A stretch of 62,997 nucleotides of DNA, filler included, from Licmophora abbreviata (taxonomy: Eukaryota): NCBI GenBank assembly GCA_900291995.1. It is 13 parts of 13 records of this genome, joined end to end, with 100 filler letters (N's around TTAATTAATTAA, not from the genome) between each part and the next. Parts side by side here need not be neighbours in the genome. Positions count along the whole stretch, not along the records: positions 43,913 to 45,542 come from OLMU01002546.1; positions 45,643 to 48,303 come from OLMU01002547.1; positions 48,404 to 53,069 come from OLMU01002548.1; positions 53,170 to 54,952 come from OLMU01002550.1; positions 55,053 to 57,308 come from OLMU01002551.1; 8 more parts are not named here. One strand, given 5' to 3'. This document shows, one piece after another, positions 45,253 to 55,476 of the stretch. A program made the translations under genes and the position numbers. Under the pieces are notes generated by a model. It did no database searches. It saw nothing but the letters and a program-made list of their open reading frames with translations, and was not told the DNA's origin. Within the stretch, counting starts at the first letter, position 1. Each line of letters opens with the position of its first letter.

Positions 45253-45728
45253 CGCCACTCTTTGCGGTGGTGGGAATTGCTTGTTTCTTCTACTCGTATC
45301 GTAGGCGACGTAAGAGTAGGAGACAGCAGCACCATCGTTTGAAAGAGTGGCAGTCCAGAGATGAGAGATCAGAATGTGTCCAGCTAGGTTTGACTTGACT
45401 GGGAATGACGCTGTGGGATTATTCTATCATGAAGAGTACATGTCATTGTACTCAAGTGGCGAAGAGCTCATGGCCGAGACAGCATATTCGTAATGACGAC
45501 GTGTAACAACACGTCCGTTGATCCATCTCTGTGTTTCGTTGGNNNNNNNNNNNNNNNNNNNNNNNNNNNNNNNNNNNNNNNNNNNNTTAATTAATTAANN
45601 NNNNNNNNNNNNNNNNNNNNNNNNNNNNNNNNNNNNNNNNNNTTGAAAGGCGAAATCGTCATATTTTAGAGGACGAATAAGAACAATAAAAAGGTCAACA
45701 GCAGTTTGTGAAACTAAAACTTGCTTAG

Positions 45729-46952
45729 TTACATCGACGGCAGATGAATGGTGCACCGTCGTTCTTCATCATCATGACCGTCGAGAATCAGCGTCTTGTT
45801 AATGGTATGCTCCAATGTTACGCGCAACGAATCGATGCGATTGTGACACCATGCAAGGTCCTCGTGCAAAACCTTCAGCTCGGTTTGGCAATCCAGCACT
45901 TCTTTCTGCAGTTCCTCGTGTCGTTGAAGCGCATCCCTGCACTGCTGTTCCAGCTTCTTTTGTACTATCGTAGCACTATGCCCTTCGGCGCAATTTTCCG
46001 ACGAGCCTTCTACTGGCACCATCAGCGACAGTCGGACCAGTGATGGCTTGTGGACCACTGTGAGCTCATGGAGTACAGAGCGGAGTTCTCGCTCGTAGCG
46101 TTCAAGAGCGTCGACATCTTCAGAGGCAACCAGCCAAGTCAGAAAGGGTGGAATAGAAGAACGCGTCGACTTGAGCAATTCCAAACGTCGGGACTGAACA
46201 AATGCAAGGAGCTCTTGCAGTCTATCAGCGGCGAGGAGTATCCTCTCATAAGAAGAATCGTGCGCAGTGTCGTCGTCAGAAGTAGGTTGTAGGAGAAATT
46301 CATCGTGGTCGAATGGGAGAAGTGTCGACGGCTGATTCAATCGTTCGCTTACTTCTTTATGATACTGGAAGATCTCTTGCAAAGACTCGGCATGCTCATC
46401 GCGGATCATCTTCTGCAGCTGAGTCCGACTCGCGGGGATGCATTCGCTAGACGACGACGAGAGTTCAGCATCAGAGGTTATCGCCGGCGTGTCATTGGAA
46501 TCCATCGACTTGCCCAGATTTCCCATGGCCCTACTTTGCATTGTACCAATATGGGTCTTTATGATCTTCTCTCGCGACTCGAGTAGCTCGTATCGCGCTT
46601 CACAGGATCGATACGATGCCTCGACCAATGGGAGTTCCCGCGACGTGACGACGTGCAGCCACTCCAGAGCATGACGGATCTGATGATGGTCGATGCTTAG
46701 CGAGTCATTCTTCACCTCTTGATCAATCGACGAGTCCCAGCAGTGAGGTTTTCGGATCCTGGCGTTCTCGGGCAAGGCGCGGATGCGACGCATGATGGTG
46801 TCATCGGCGACCATCAGGTCGTGCGTCGTGGCCTGGTTTTCTACTGAAGAATCCCGCGCTCTTGCAATTCCCATTTCCATTCTTGAGGTCCCCGACGACG
46901 ACGATTGCTCATCGTATGTACAGTTTCCGGTTTCATGGTGATGATGCTTCAC
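45729..46952 (-). CDS. Hypothetical coiled-coil protein
   Basis: 407-aa ORF with E/Q/L-rich heptad-like segments; no family recognised. Confidence 0.65.
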   Translation of the reverse strand: MKHHHHETGNCTYDEQSSSSGTSRMEMGIARARDSSVENQATTHDLMVADDTIMRRIRALPENARIRKPHCWDSSIDQEVKNDSLSIDHHQIRHALEWLHVVTSRELPLVEASYRSCEARYELLESREKIIKTHIGTMQSRAMGNLGKSMDSNDTPAITSDAELSSSSSECIPASRTQLQKMIRDEHAESLQEIFQYHKEVSERLNQPSTLLPFDHDEFLLQPTSDDDTAHDSSYERILLAADRLQELLAFVQSRRLELLKSTRSSIPPFLTWLVASEDVDALERYERELRSVLHELTVVHKPSLVRLSLMVPVEGSSENCAEGHSATIVQKKLEQQCRDALQRHEELQKEVLDCQTELKVLHEDLAWCHNRIDSLRVTLEHTINKTLILDGHDDEERRCTIHLPSM

Positions 46953-47223
46953 TGCTTTGTATAAACCTCATTGTCGATGATTCCAAACTATCAGAGAATG
47001 TCGCACCGCACACAACACTTATCCGGTGCGACATCCGTTCGGGTCTCGAAATTCAAATTCAAATCCCGCGACACCAACATGATGTCGACGCCGCGGGGGC
47101 ATCTCACATTGTTTCATCACCTCGTCCAACATGATGATGATGAGAGACGACGTGTTTTTGTTTGAAAGAAACAAACTTGCTTGACCCACCTGATGTGGTA
47201 GCTCGTGGATTGGAAAGAGCAGC

Positions 47224-48183
47224 ATGCCGCGGAAGTTGAAACGTCGACGGGGCCGTCTTGGGGCCATGATACCGCTTCTCGCGTCGTTCATGGTTGGCGC
47301 TGCGACAGTGGCCATGGTGTCGAGGGCCGTTCATCTCGTGATTTCCTCTACTACGCCACACGATTCAGACGACATGTCACCTCTGTACACAAACGATACG
47401 CTCGGTGCACATCCATCTCATCCTCGACTCGAGCTACTCCACATTCCTCGGACCGGCGGCACGATACTCGAAGTCTACGCTGCGCAGCACAACATCACAT
47501 GGGGCGCCTGTCACTTTGAGTTTAGCTGGAAGAAGAATCCGCGAAACCCCTTGTACCACTGTCCCAAGTCCTTGTCTCAATCCACTGTCCCAGTCAAGGA
47601 ACCTCTTTGGCACTACCCTCTTGACGCCTTGGCAATGTACAACAATGACGGTAATAAGAACACGACGACGTCTGCAGATGCCTACTATTACGACAATCTT
47701 CGCGACGCCACGATACGACAGCGTCCTAAACGCTACTTTGTCGTCCTTCGAAATCCTTACACACGTCTCATTAGTTTCTTTCACAAACAACACGCTCGAT
47801 GTTCTCATCCAAGAAGTGCCTTCAATGAGTGGCTGCAAGAGGAAATAACACTGGCCACTCGGGAAGTTTGTCCGAGGAATTGTGGCGCCACACCGCAATA
47901 TTGGTACGTGTACAATGATCGAAATGAACGCATAGTACGTCATTTATTGCACTTTGAAGATTTGCACAAGGAGTTTGCAAGGCTCCTGCAACACTACTAT
48001 TTCATTGGTGAACCTACAAGAACAATGCCACCCCTGCCGCACGAACGAGTCAACAACTCCAAGTTGTGTGCAACCAAGATGCAACTGGACGACTTTTCGA
48101 ATGAGACACTCGACATGATTCATACTTTCTACCGGCGTGACTTTGAGCTTGGTGGGTACGATATGATGAAGAGGGAAAGATAG
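47224..48183 (+). CDS. Golgi-type sulfotransferase (Sulfotransfer_2-like)
   Basis: TM anchor, 5'-PSB LHIPRTGGT, 3'-PB LRNPYTRLIS, C-terminal FYRRDFEL. Confidence 0.85.
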   Translation: MPRKLKRRRGRLGAMIPLLASFMVGAATVAMVSRAVHLVISSTTPHDSDDMSPLYTNDTLGAHPSHPRLELLHIPRTGGTILEVYAAQHNITWGACHFEFSWKKNPRNPLYHCPKSLSQSTVPVKEPLWHYPLDALAMYNNDGNKNTTTSADAYYYDNLRDATIRQRPKRYFVVLRNPYTRLISFFHKQHARCSHPRSAFNEWLQEEITLATREVCPRNCGATPQYWYVYNDRNERIVRHLLHFEDLHKEFARLLQHYYFIGEPTRTMPPLPHERVNNSKLCATKMQLDDFSNETLDMIHTFYRRDFELGGYDMMKRER

Positions 48184-48571
48184 AGTACAGCGATAGCAGA
48201 AGAGTACGTTGTGGAGCGAACAACGACGTCCAGGGACGAGTCTCCTCTGCGCTTCCTCTTCAAGAGCCAAATCTCTCCTTCACATAGCTAGTTGTGATCG
48301 ACGNNNNNNNNNNNNNNNNNNNNNNNNNNNNNNNNNNNNNNNNNNNNTTAATTAATTAANNNNNNNNNNNNNNNNNNNNNNNNNNNNNNNNNNNNNNNNN
48401 NNNTTCTAGATGAACAAAACTGATGATGTGTAACTTGCCGACGAAGCTTTATGAGCGGCAAGCTCGATTCATTCACGAGCTCTTGAGTACTACCGGGTAG
48501 ATCCAAAAGATCGCGCGACGACGAGTGATGATGTGGTGATGGGTGATGGCGAAGGCAAACATCACATCAAC

Positions 48572-49544
48572 ATGACCAGAATGGAGCGGCGATGGCTTGC
48601 TTTCGCTCTTTCAAGCGCTCTCTTGGCGCTTCACGTAATAGGACCGGTTTGGGGATTACTGAGCGGTGATAGATCCTTGACGGATGTGGAGGGTTTGATG
48701 AGTTCCGGAAACCATCGCGTATTAGCCCGGCTGTCCGAATCATCCGTCGGCGGCAGCAATCCTCATTACGAGTCGCATCCGTGGAACAGCTGGGGACTGG
48801 AGAAGCTCAAGAATTCCAAGTCCCCTTTGCATCGAGGGAGTGGTCGCTTCTTTCTTGATACGGCCGTCACCAACGATTGGGAAGACTTGCTTCCCCTCGG
48901 CATCTTTCATGGCGTCACAACGAACCCGACTCTTCTCGAACGAGCCAAAGCAACCCTGCACTGTAGACAATCTACAGAAGTTAGCGCAGACTGCGTTCAC
49001 AGACTATCATGTTCAAGAGTTTATGTGTCAATCTTGGGGTGAATCCGCAGGAGACATGTATCGGAGGGGCATGGCACTTTCGGAAGTCGACAGGGCACGG
49101 GTCGTCGTCAAAGTGCCCGTGACAAGAGAGGGGACGCAGGCTGCCAGCGGCTTGATTGCGTCGGGGGTGCGTGTTTGTTTGACAGCATGCTATAGTTCGC
49201 ATCAAGCGCTTGTGGCTGCATCGGTGGGTGCCGAGTACCTCGCGCCATATCTGGGGCGCATGACGGATGCAGGCAAGAACGGACTGGACGAGTGTTTACG
49301 GATGCAGGGCATTGTCGATGGTATGGGAAGCGACACGAGGATCCTTGTGGCGAGCATTCGAGAATTAGAAAGTATGGGGGATCTAGCACGGGCGGGAGTG
49401 GACACATTCACTTTCTCGCCCGAAGTTGCTCGAATGATGTTTGCGGAACCACTGACGAGAACAGCTTCTGAGGATTTTAATATGGCTGCATCGCGTGGAA
49501 GCACCGCAAAGTACGACGACGACAAACAGCAGAGTTTCCGATGA
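48572..49544 (+). CDS. Transaldolase/fructose-6-phosphate aldolase family protein with signal peptide; +1 frame break at 48947-48949
   Basis: FLDTA...GVTTNPTLL in one frame; VVVKVP, TACY, YLAPYLGR and ILVASIR in the +1 frame. Confidence 0.85.
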
Positions 49545-49628
49545 TTCCAATATCTGACTAGTAAACGCATACTACTTATAAGCTGTGTGTAGGTAGCCTG
49601 TGCCGTCCCACCCAAAGGCTCGGGGTGC

Positions 49629-52600
49629 TCAGCAAGTAAAGTTGGCGACGGCCTTGAGGTCCACTTTGTTTACCTTTTCGGCAAACCGAAGACTGCAGAG
49701 ACTCTCATGAAAGTGCGATGAGAGCGGATTGCAGCACACGATCGCAAGGGTCTTGGAGTTACCACCCAAACTATTTTGTAGTAAGAAGGTCAGCTTTGAC
49801 TCACGATAAGGAATATTCGCGCTGCCTGCTTGAAGACGCTCGATCACATTGGACAATACACTCAACGAGGAGTTGATATTCTTCGTTTCCGTCAGCAGAG
49901 CGCCCTGTAGAAAGCAACAAAGTAAGAGGATTTATTAGTAGCTTGAAAGAGAATACAATGGACATTCGCAAGTGCAAGTGGTTTCCACTTACTCCGGTTG
50001 CGGCGGCTCCGCTCTTGTTCAAGCGCTCACTGCCGGCCAAATCACAAACATGTAGCTTGCCCGTTCGGCTGACGCCATCCTTCGTCTCCACATTGAAGTG
50101 AATGGTAAAGAGCATATGACTTCGAGAACTTTCAGCATTCGACATGGTCGCCTTGACACATCGACGCTTCTGTGCCAATTCAAGGACGCCCATGACATCT
50201 TCTTTGCTCGACGTAGCAACGATAATGTTTCCGACCACCTCCTTGGAGGTCACCTTGAGATTGACTTCGCGACCATTGGGGCCGCTGTTTGGAGAGAGAA
50301 GATCACGAACTTGTTCGTTGTAAATTTCTAGGAGTTCCACACAGAGGTTCACTTTGGTCTCGCCGCGGGAGAGTGCCTCCATCTCACGCTTCGCTTCGAA
50401 GAGTTTCGACACGGAACGAGAAATTATGCCTTCATTCCCTGGCTCGCCAATCATTGTGAAAGTCTTACCGCTTCCGGTCTGACCATACGCAAAGACGCAC
50501 ACGTTGTAACCGTCCACTGCACTCTGGACAAGCGGCTCCGTGGCTTCCCACACGTCCTCCTGACCTTCGGAAGGAGAGAAAACATGGTCGAAACCAAAGC
50601 GCCATTTCTTCTGACGAGGCTTTAGGCCACCCCGATCCTTGTACGGCTCGGTAACTTCAACAACATTCTTACAGAGATCATCGACGGAGGATCGCGCCTT
50701 TTTGACCCCGTCCATGGAGTTCTCCCGATCGTATACCCCCGGGAAGTGGAATGGGTTCCCGTCTTCCGCGATTTCTTCGTGCTTTCTCTTCTTGCTTGTG
50801 TCTGTTTTGCCGACCTTTGCTGCTGATTTCTGGAGCTCGCTTTCCAGAGCAGGACGAACACGAACGTACACTCGAATGTTGCCGCTCAACTGCATAACAC
50901 GGTTGTGAAGGTCCCGACGAATTCGATCGCTTTCACGAAGCTTGCGATAGAGTTCCTCTTCTCGGTCGTCGAATGAGCCCATACGGCCGATGGCATCGTC
51001 ACGCTCTTGGCCAGTGTTCTTGAGCTGCTTCTCCAATTCCATTATGCGGAGCTGCTGCTCACGACCTTCATCCTGCAGTTGCTGGTTGGCACTCTTCTCT
51101 TGAGCGAGAGAAGTCTGAACCTGCTCGAGGTCTGCAGAGGCAGACGAGAACTCTGTAAGTGCCTCCTTCTTGGCGTTCGTCAGTGAATCGATTTGTTCCA
51201 AGGCATCGTCCAGCTTGTCCGACAGCTGCTGCTTCTCGTCGAAGGCCGTCTGCAATTGACTTCGCATGCTGTCAAGTGACGTCTGTAACTCCTTCATACG
51301 ACTGTCTGTATCCACCTTGAGGCGATCGAACTCAGCTGATGCCTCCATAGACTTAGTCTGCTCACGCTCCAGCTCTTGCTCAACATCCAGCATCTGCTGG
51401 TAGAGCGAATCAATTTTCTGATCCTTCGTTGACGTTTCGTTCTTCAGTTTCGTAAACGTCTTGGTACTTTCTTCATTCAACGCTTGAAATTGCACCCGTT
51501 CCTCCTCTTTCTCCTGCTCTAGCGCTTCAATGTCCGATTTCAGCTGCTTAATTTGATCCGTCGCGTTTTGGAGCTTCTTTTCTGCCTCGGCAGTGCCATT
51601 CTTTTGCGTGACAAGCTTGTCCAATGCATCCTTCAGCTGAGATTCAGACTCCGGCAGAAGACGGTTCTCCAGTGAGTCGAGAGCCTCTTCATACTCGGCA
51701 ACTTTTCGTTCCAAGTCATCGCGCGCTTTCTTGACGGTCTTCAACTCTGTCGACAGTTCTGCCTCAACAGTCGTCAATCGATCGTTGTCCAGCTTCAGAG
51801 CATTCACTTCCGACTTGGAATCCGTACGCAGCGTTTGAATCGCGGCCGTGAGCTCGCTGACTTTGTTGCGGCCAATATTGACTTCATTCTCGAGATCCGT
51901 CACTCGCACCATGAGATTTGTCTTCTCTTTCTGCATCGACTGGACTTGATCACTGAGTTGCTTCCGAGTTTCCTCCAATCCTTGAATGCGAGTCGTCGCC
52001 TCACGCTTGGAAGCATCAAGCTCTCCCTCGAGGCGGGTCTTTTCCACCAAATATCCTTCCGTCTTGGTGGCCATCGTTGTCTCCAAAGCCTTTAGATCCC
52101 CCTGCAGCGTCTGGTTCGTACTCTCCAACTTGGAGTTCATAGTAACGAGCTGTTCACTGCGCAGCACCTGCGCCTCGAACGCGAGCTTCTCCGCTTGTAG
52201 GACCTCAGCGCTCGCGGCGTTGTGTTCGTTCGACTTGGCATCAAGAAGCTTGTTCATCGTCTCGCGAATGTTCTTGAGCTCGCTCGCGACCTGCTCGCCA
52301 TCGGCAGCATTCGACGGTCGACCGGCGACCGGAAGGGGCTCCAAGTAGGAGCTCGTTCCTCCAGGAGAGAATACGAGAAGCTGTCCATTTCTACGAGCGT
52401 CTGCTACTCGCCAAGCTCTGGAGAGAGGAAAAAAGAGGAGAGGAAGGAGGGCGTGAGCAAAGTGGAACTCCTGTCATCACAACGACCTGCGGAAGGAAAT
52501 TCAGAAGTGAACATACCGCTCACGTTCCTTGCGCTCCAGCTCTCGTTCTTCGCGAAGACGATTCGCTTCCTGATCGGGGGGAGAAAAAGAAAGAAGTCCA

Positions 52601-52947
52601 CCAGCATTGCCGTCGGTCTTGTGATGAGCAAATGGCGGAAGACGCGGCTTTCTCTTTTTCGAAGCAGATCGCGTCTCCCTGGGCGACGATTCCCCCTCTC
52701 GTTCCTCCGCTACTTTCCAGTACGGCGTCGGTCCAGGCGAGGTCGGTGGTTGTTTGCGGTTCTCTTTGTCGCTCGAAACACTTCGAGCGGGAGAGGGATC
52801 GCGCTTGTTTCTGTTTCCACGAAGACTGGCACGACGCTTCAGGACCTTGGAACGCGTCACCCGAGTCGACGAATCGATCGTCGCGGGCAATGACAAACGG
52901 TCTTGCGCTGCTTTCGCAGTGGCAGTGCGACTGCTGGCCAACGGCAT
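49629..52947 (-). CDS. Kinesin-14 (C-terminal motor, NCD/Kar3/KIFC1-like); introns 52418-52516 and 49905-49992
   Basis: Basic tail, long coiled coil, neck RRDLHNRVMQLSGNIRVYVRVRP, YGQTGSGKT, SSRSH, DLAGSE, IPYRESKLT. Confidence 0.93.
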
Positions 52948-53169
52948 GATTTTTCACAACACAGATACAATACAGGGACGATCTTCTATGATGGGATGAA
53001 AGACGACAGAAAGCACGACGACCTTTTTGTTTTCTGGCTTTTGGGTGATGATCGGACGACGCTTGGAGCNNNNNNNNNNNNNNNNNNNNNNNNNNNNNNN
53101 NNNNNNNNNNNNNTTAATTAATTAANNNNNNNNNNNNNNNNNNNNNNNNNNNNNNNNNNNNNNNNNNNN

Positions 53170-54144
53170 GGTCATGTCGGCAAAGCTCGTATCCTGTGGC
53201 GGGTCAAAGGGGACGAGCAGTGCATCGGCAGGAAACTGAGGGTTCTGTAGTGTGGCTTTAATGTGAGCATCAAACTCTTCTTCTTTGTCGGCTAGGAAAG
53301 CCATGGTCAACATGCACACTTTCGTTGGTGCCGTTTGATCATCAGACACTTCTTGGAGCGCCGTAACTACAGACGGAGGTGTCCTTGAAAATATAATACT
53401 TGTCTCCACTTTGGGACTGATGCTTCCTTCAGCTCGACCTCTACGAAGGAATTGTACAATACTAGGATAGGCCTCGAGACGGCAAAAGGCAACGCTGCTG
53501 CGAACAATGGATGGGAGTTTGTAGAGCTGGAGACGAAAGGATGTAACAACGCCGGGGAACATTACCCCTGCCCCGCGTATCAGCCACATCCAGTCGGGGT
53601 GCGTTTCATGTGTCACGTGCTCCAATACTTCTCCACTGGATGTAACGACAGTAGCACTCAGAATACTCTCTGCGGAGAGACCATAGAAGTCCATACACCA
53701 TCCGAAACCTCCACCGAGGAGGAATCCACCCATTGGTACACCAGGGCAGTGTCCAATCGGAAAACACAAGCCGTGTTTGGCCAAGGCTTGACTGACCGTC
53801 GTGCCCATCGCATAAGGCCCGACCGTCACCGTCTTCGTGTCGGGATCAATCTGGATGGAATCAAACGAGCTCATGTCCAACAGCAGCGTATCCTGTTGCA
53901 GTGACGAGCCGAACCAATTGTGACCACCGGATCGTACCGAGACCTTGACTGTACTTTTTTCCGCCCATTGGAGACACGCCTGAATATCTTGTACAGATTT
54001 CACAATGGCAATGGCGATGGGCCTCGAATTGGAGCGTCGCCAAGCATTGCAGGCATGAGTACGTCGACGACGAATCTGTTCGTATTCGTCGCTGTCTCGC
54101 CGCAAGAGAGTCCCGTCGATTTCGGGGAGAGGAGGCATCAGCAT
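53170..54144 (-). CDS. FAD-linked oxidase (berberine-bridge/VAO family), 3'-truncated
   Basis: RSGGHNWFG (covalent-FAD His) and GHCPGVPMGGFLLGGGFG. Confidence 0.87.
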
Positions 54145-54482
54145 CCTGTGTGAGGAATTAAAAAAAAAGGCTTGTTCAATCCACCGTCAGCGAACGGCAC
54201 TCTTGATAGCCCTGAATTATGACTGCCGAGCGCTGAGACCCCGTGAACGAAGGGGATGCGCAGCGTCAGGATATTCGACATTCATTGTCGCGGGGTCGAC
54301 CCCCCACGAACTTCTGTTTCGGAAGATCGCGTGAGTACCGGGTGTCTTTCTTGACACACGAGCTCTGCGCGCTCCATCTGGCGATTTTGGACGAACTTTC
54401 GAACGTTTGTGATGGATTTGACAATGTCAAGTTGCTGGATGGCATCAACAGTCCCCCCCGTTTCTTCTTCATGCTCATCACG

Positions 54483-55324
54483 ATGTCGTCCCTCACTGAC
54501 TTCTGGGCTCTTTACAACTCGGAAGAGACATGGATTCCCTTTGTTTTGCCTGTGATGGTGTGGACAAGCTGCCTTGTCTATTGCGTGTTGCCCTCCACGA
54601 AAGCTTCGTCCCATCCGTCCTTTCACAAATGGGAGTCCCTGCACAATCTCTACAATTACGGTGCGATCGTTATTGCTCTGATCTCTATCTTTTCGGATGA
54701 CGATTCAGTTTTGAACGAACGAGTCGGCATCTTGTATACGCTCAGTTACTTTGTAGTGGATTTCGTAGACTGTGCCATTCGTTTCGACGTGGCCTACACC
54801 TTCCATGCAATCCTATGTATCGTGGCGGCCATCATGAACTACACCGTCCCTCCCCTCCGAGAACTTCGAATGAACTCGAGAGCCAATCTATGCGAACTTT
54901 CGAGTCCGGTATTTTTCATTGCCAAAAAGACTCGCAAGCCATTGCATTTCATNNNNNNNNNNNNNNNNNNNNNNNNNNNNNNNNNNNNNNNNNNNNTTAA
55001 TTAATTAANNNNNNNNNNNNNNNNNNNNNNNNNNNNNNNNNNNNNNNNNNNNAGACTCGCAAGCCATTGCATTTCATTGCCTTTGCCCTGACGTATACGC
55101 TCTGCCGCGTCGTGTGGATCCCCCTCATGATTCGTCGGCTGCTTCAGTTTGGTTCCAAATGGACCGACCTGCCCGTCGTATGGATCATGCTCTTTTACGG
55201 TCTCAATCTGTTTTGGTATTCCAAGATTATCCGGATCCTAGTCAAGGCGGCGCGTGGGGAAAGCGAAAATGACGACGACGCCGAAACAGACAAGGCGCAG
55301 AGCGACGACAAAAAGGCGGACTAA
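54483..55324 (+). CDS. TLC-domain multi-pass membrane protein; spans the spacer 54953-55052
   Basis: SYFVVD, YTFH, CELSSP, FALTYTLCRVVWIP, LNLFWYSKI. Confidence 0.8.
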
Positions 55325-55476
55325 TGAAAGTCGTCAATTCAGGGTCATCCATTGTACAGAATGAAAGGTTTTAGAAAACGAAACTACTTAGAGGTACCAT
55401 TTTTAACTGTCTCCGAAGGGAGTCCGTAACTTCGTATCCATACTCTCTGGTATGCACGCTAATGAGCGAGAGTCTT

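Noticed and set aside
54928..55077. 25-nt direct repeat flanking a gap as a target-site duplication
   Set aside because: 54928-54952 equals 55053-55077; it is a contig overlap that restores one continuous TLC-domain ORF.
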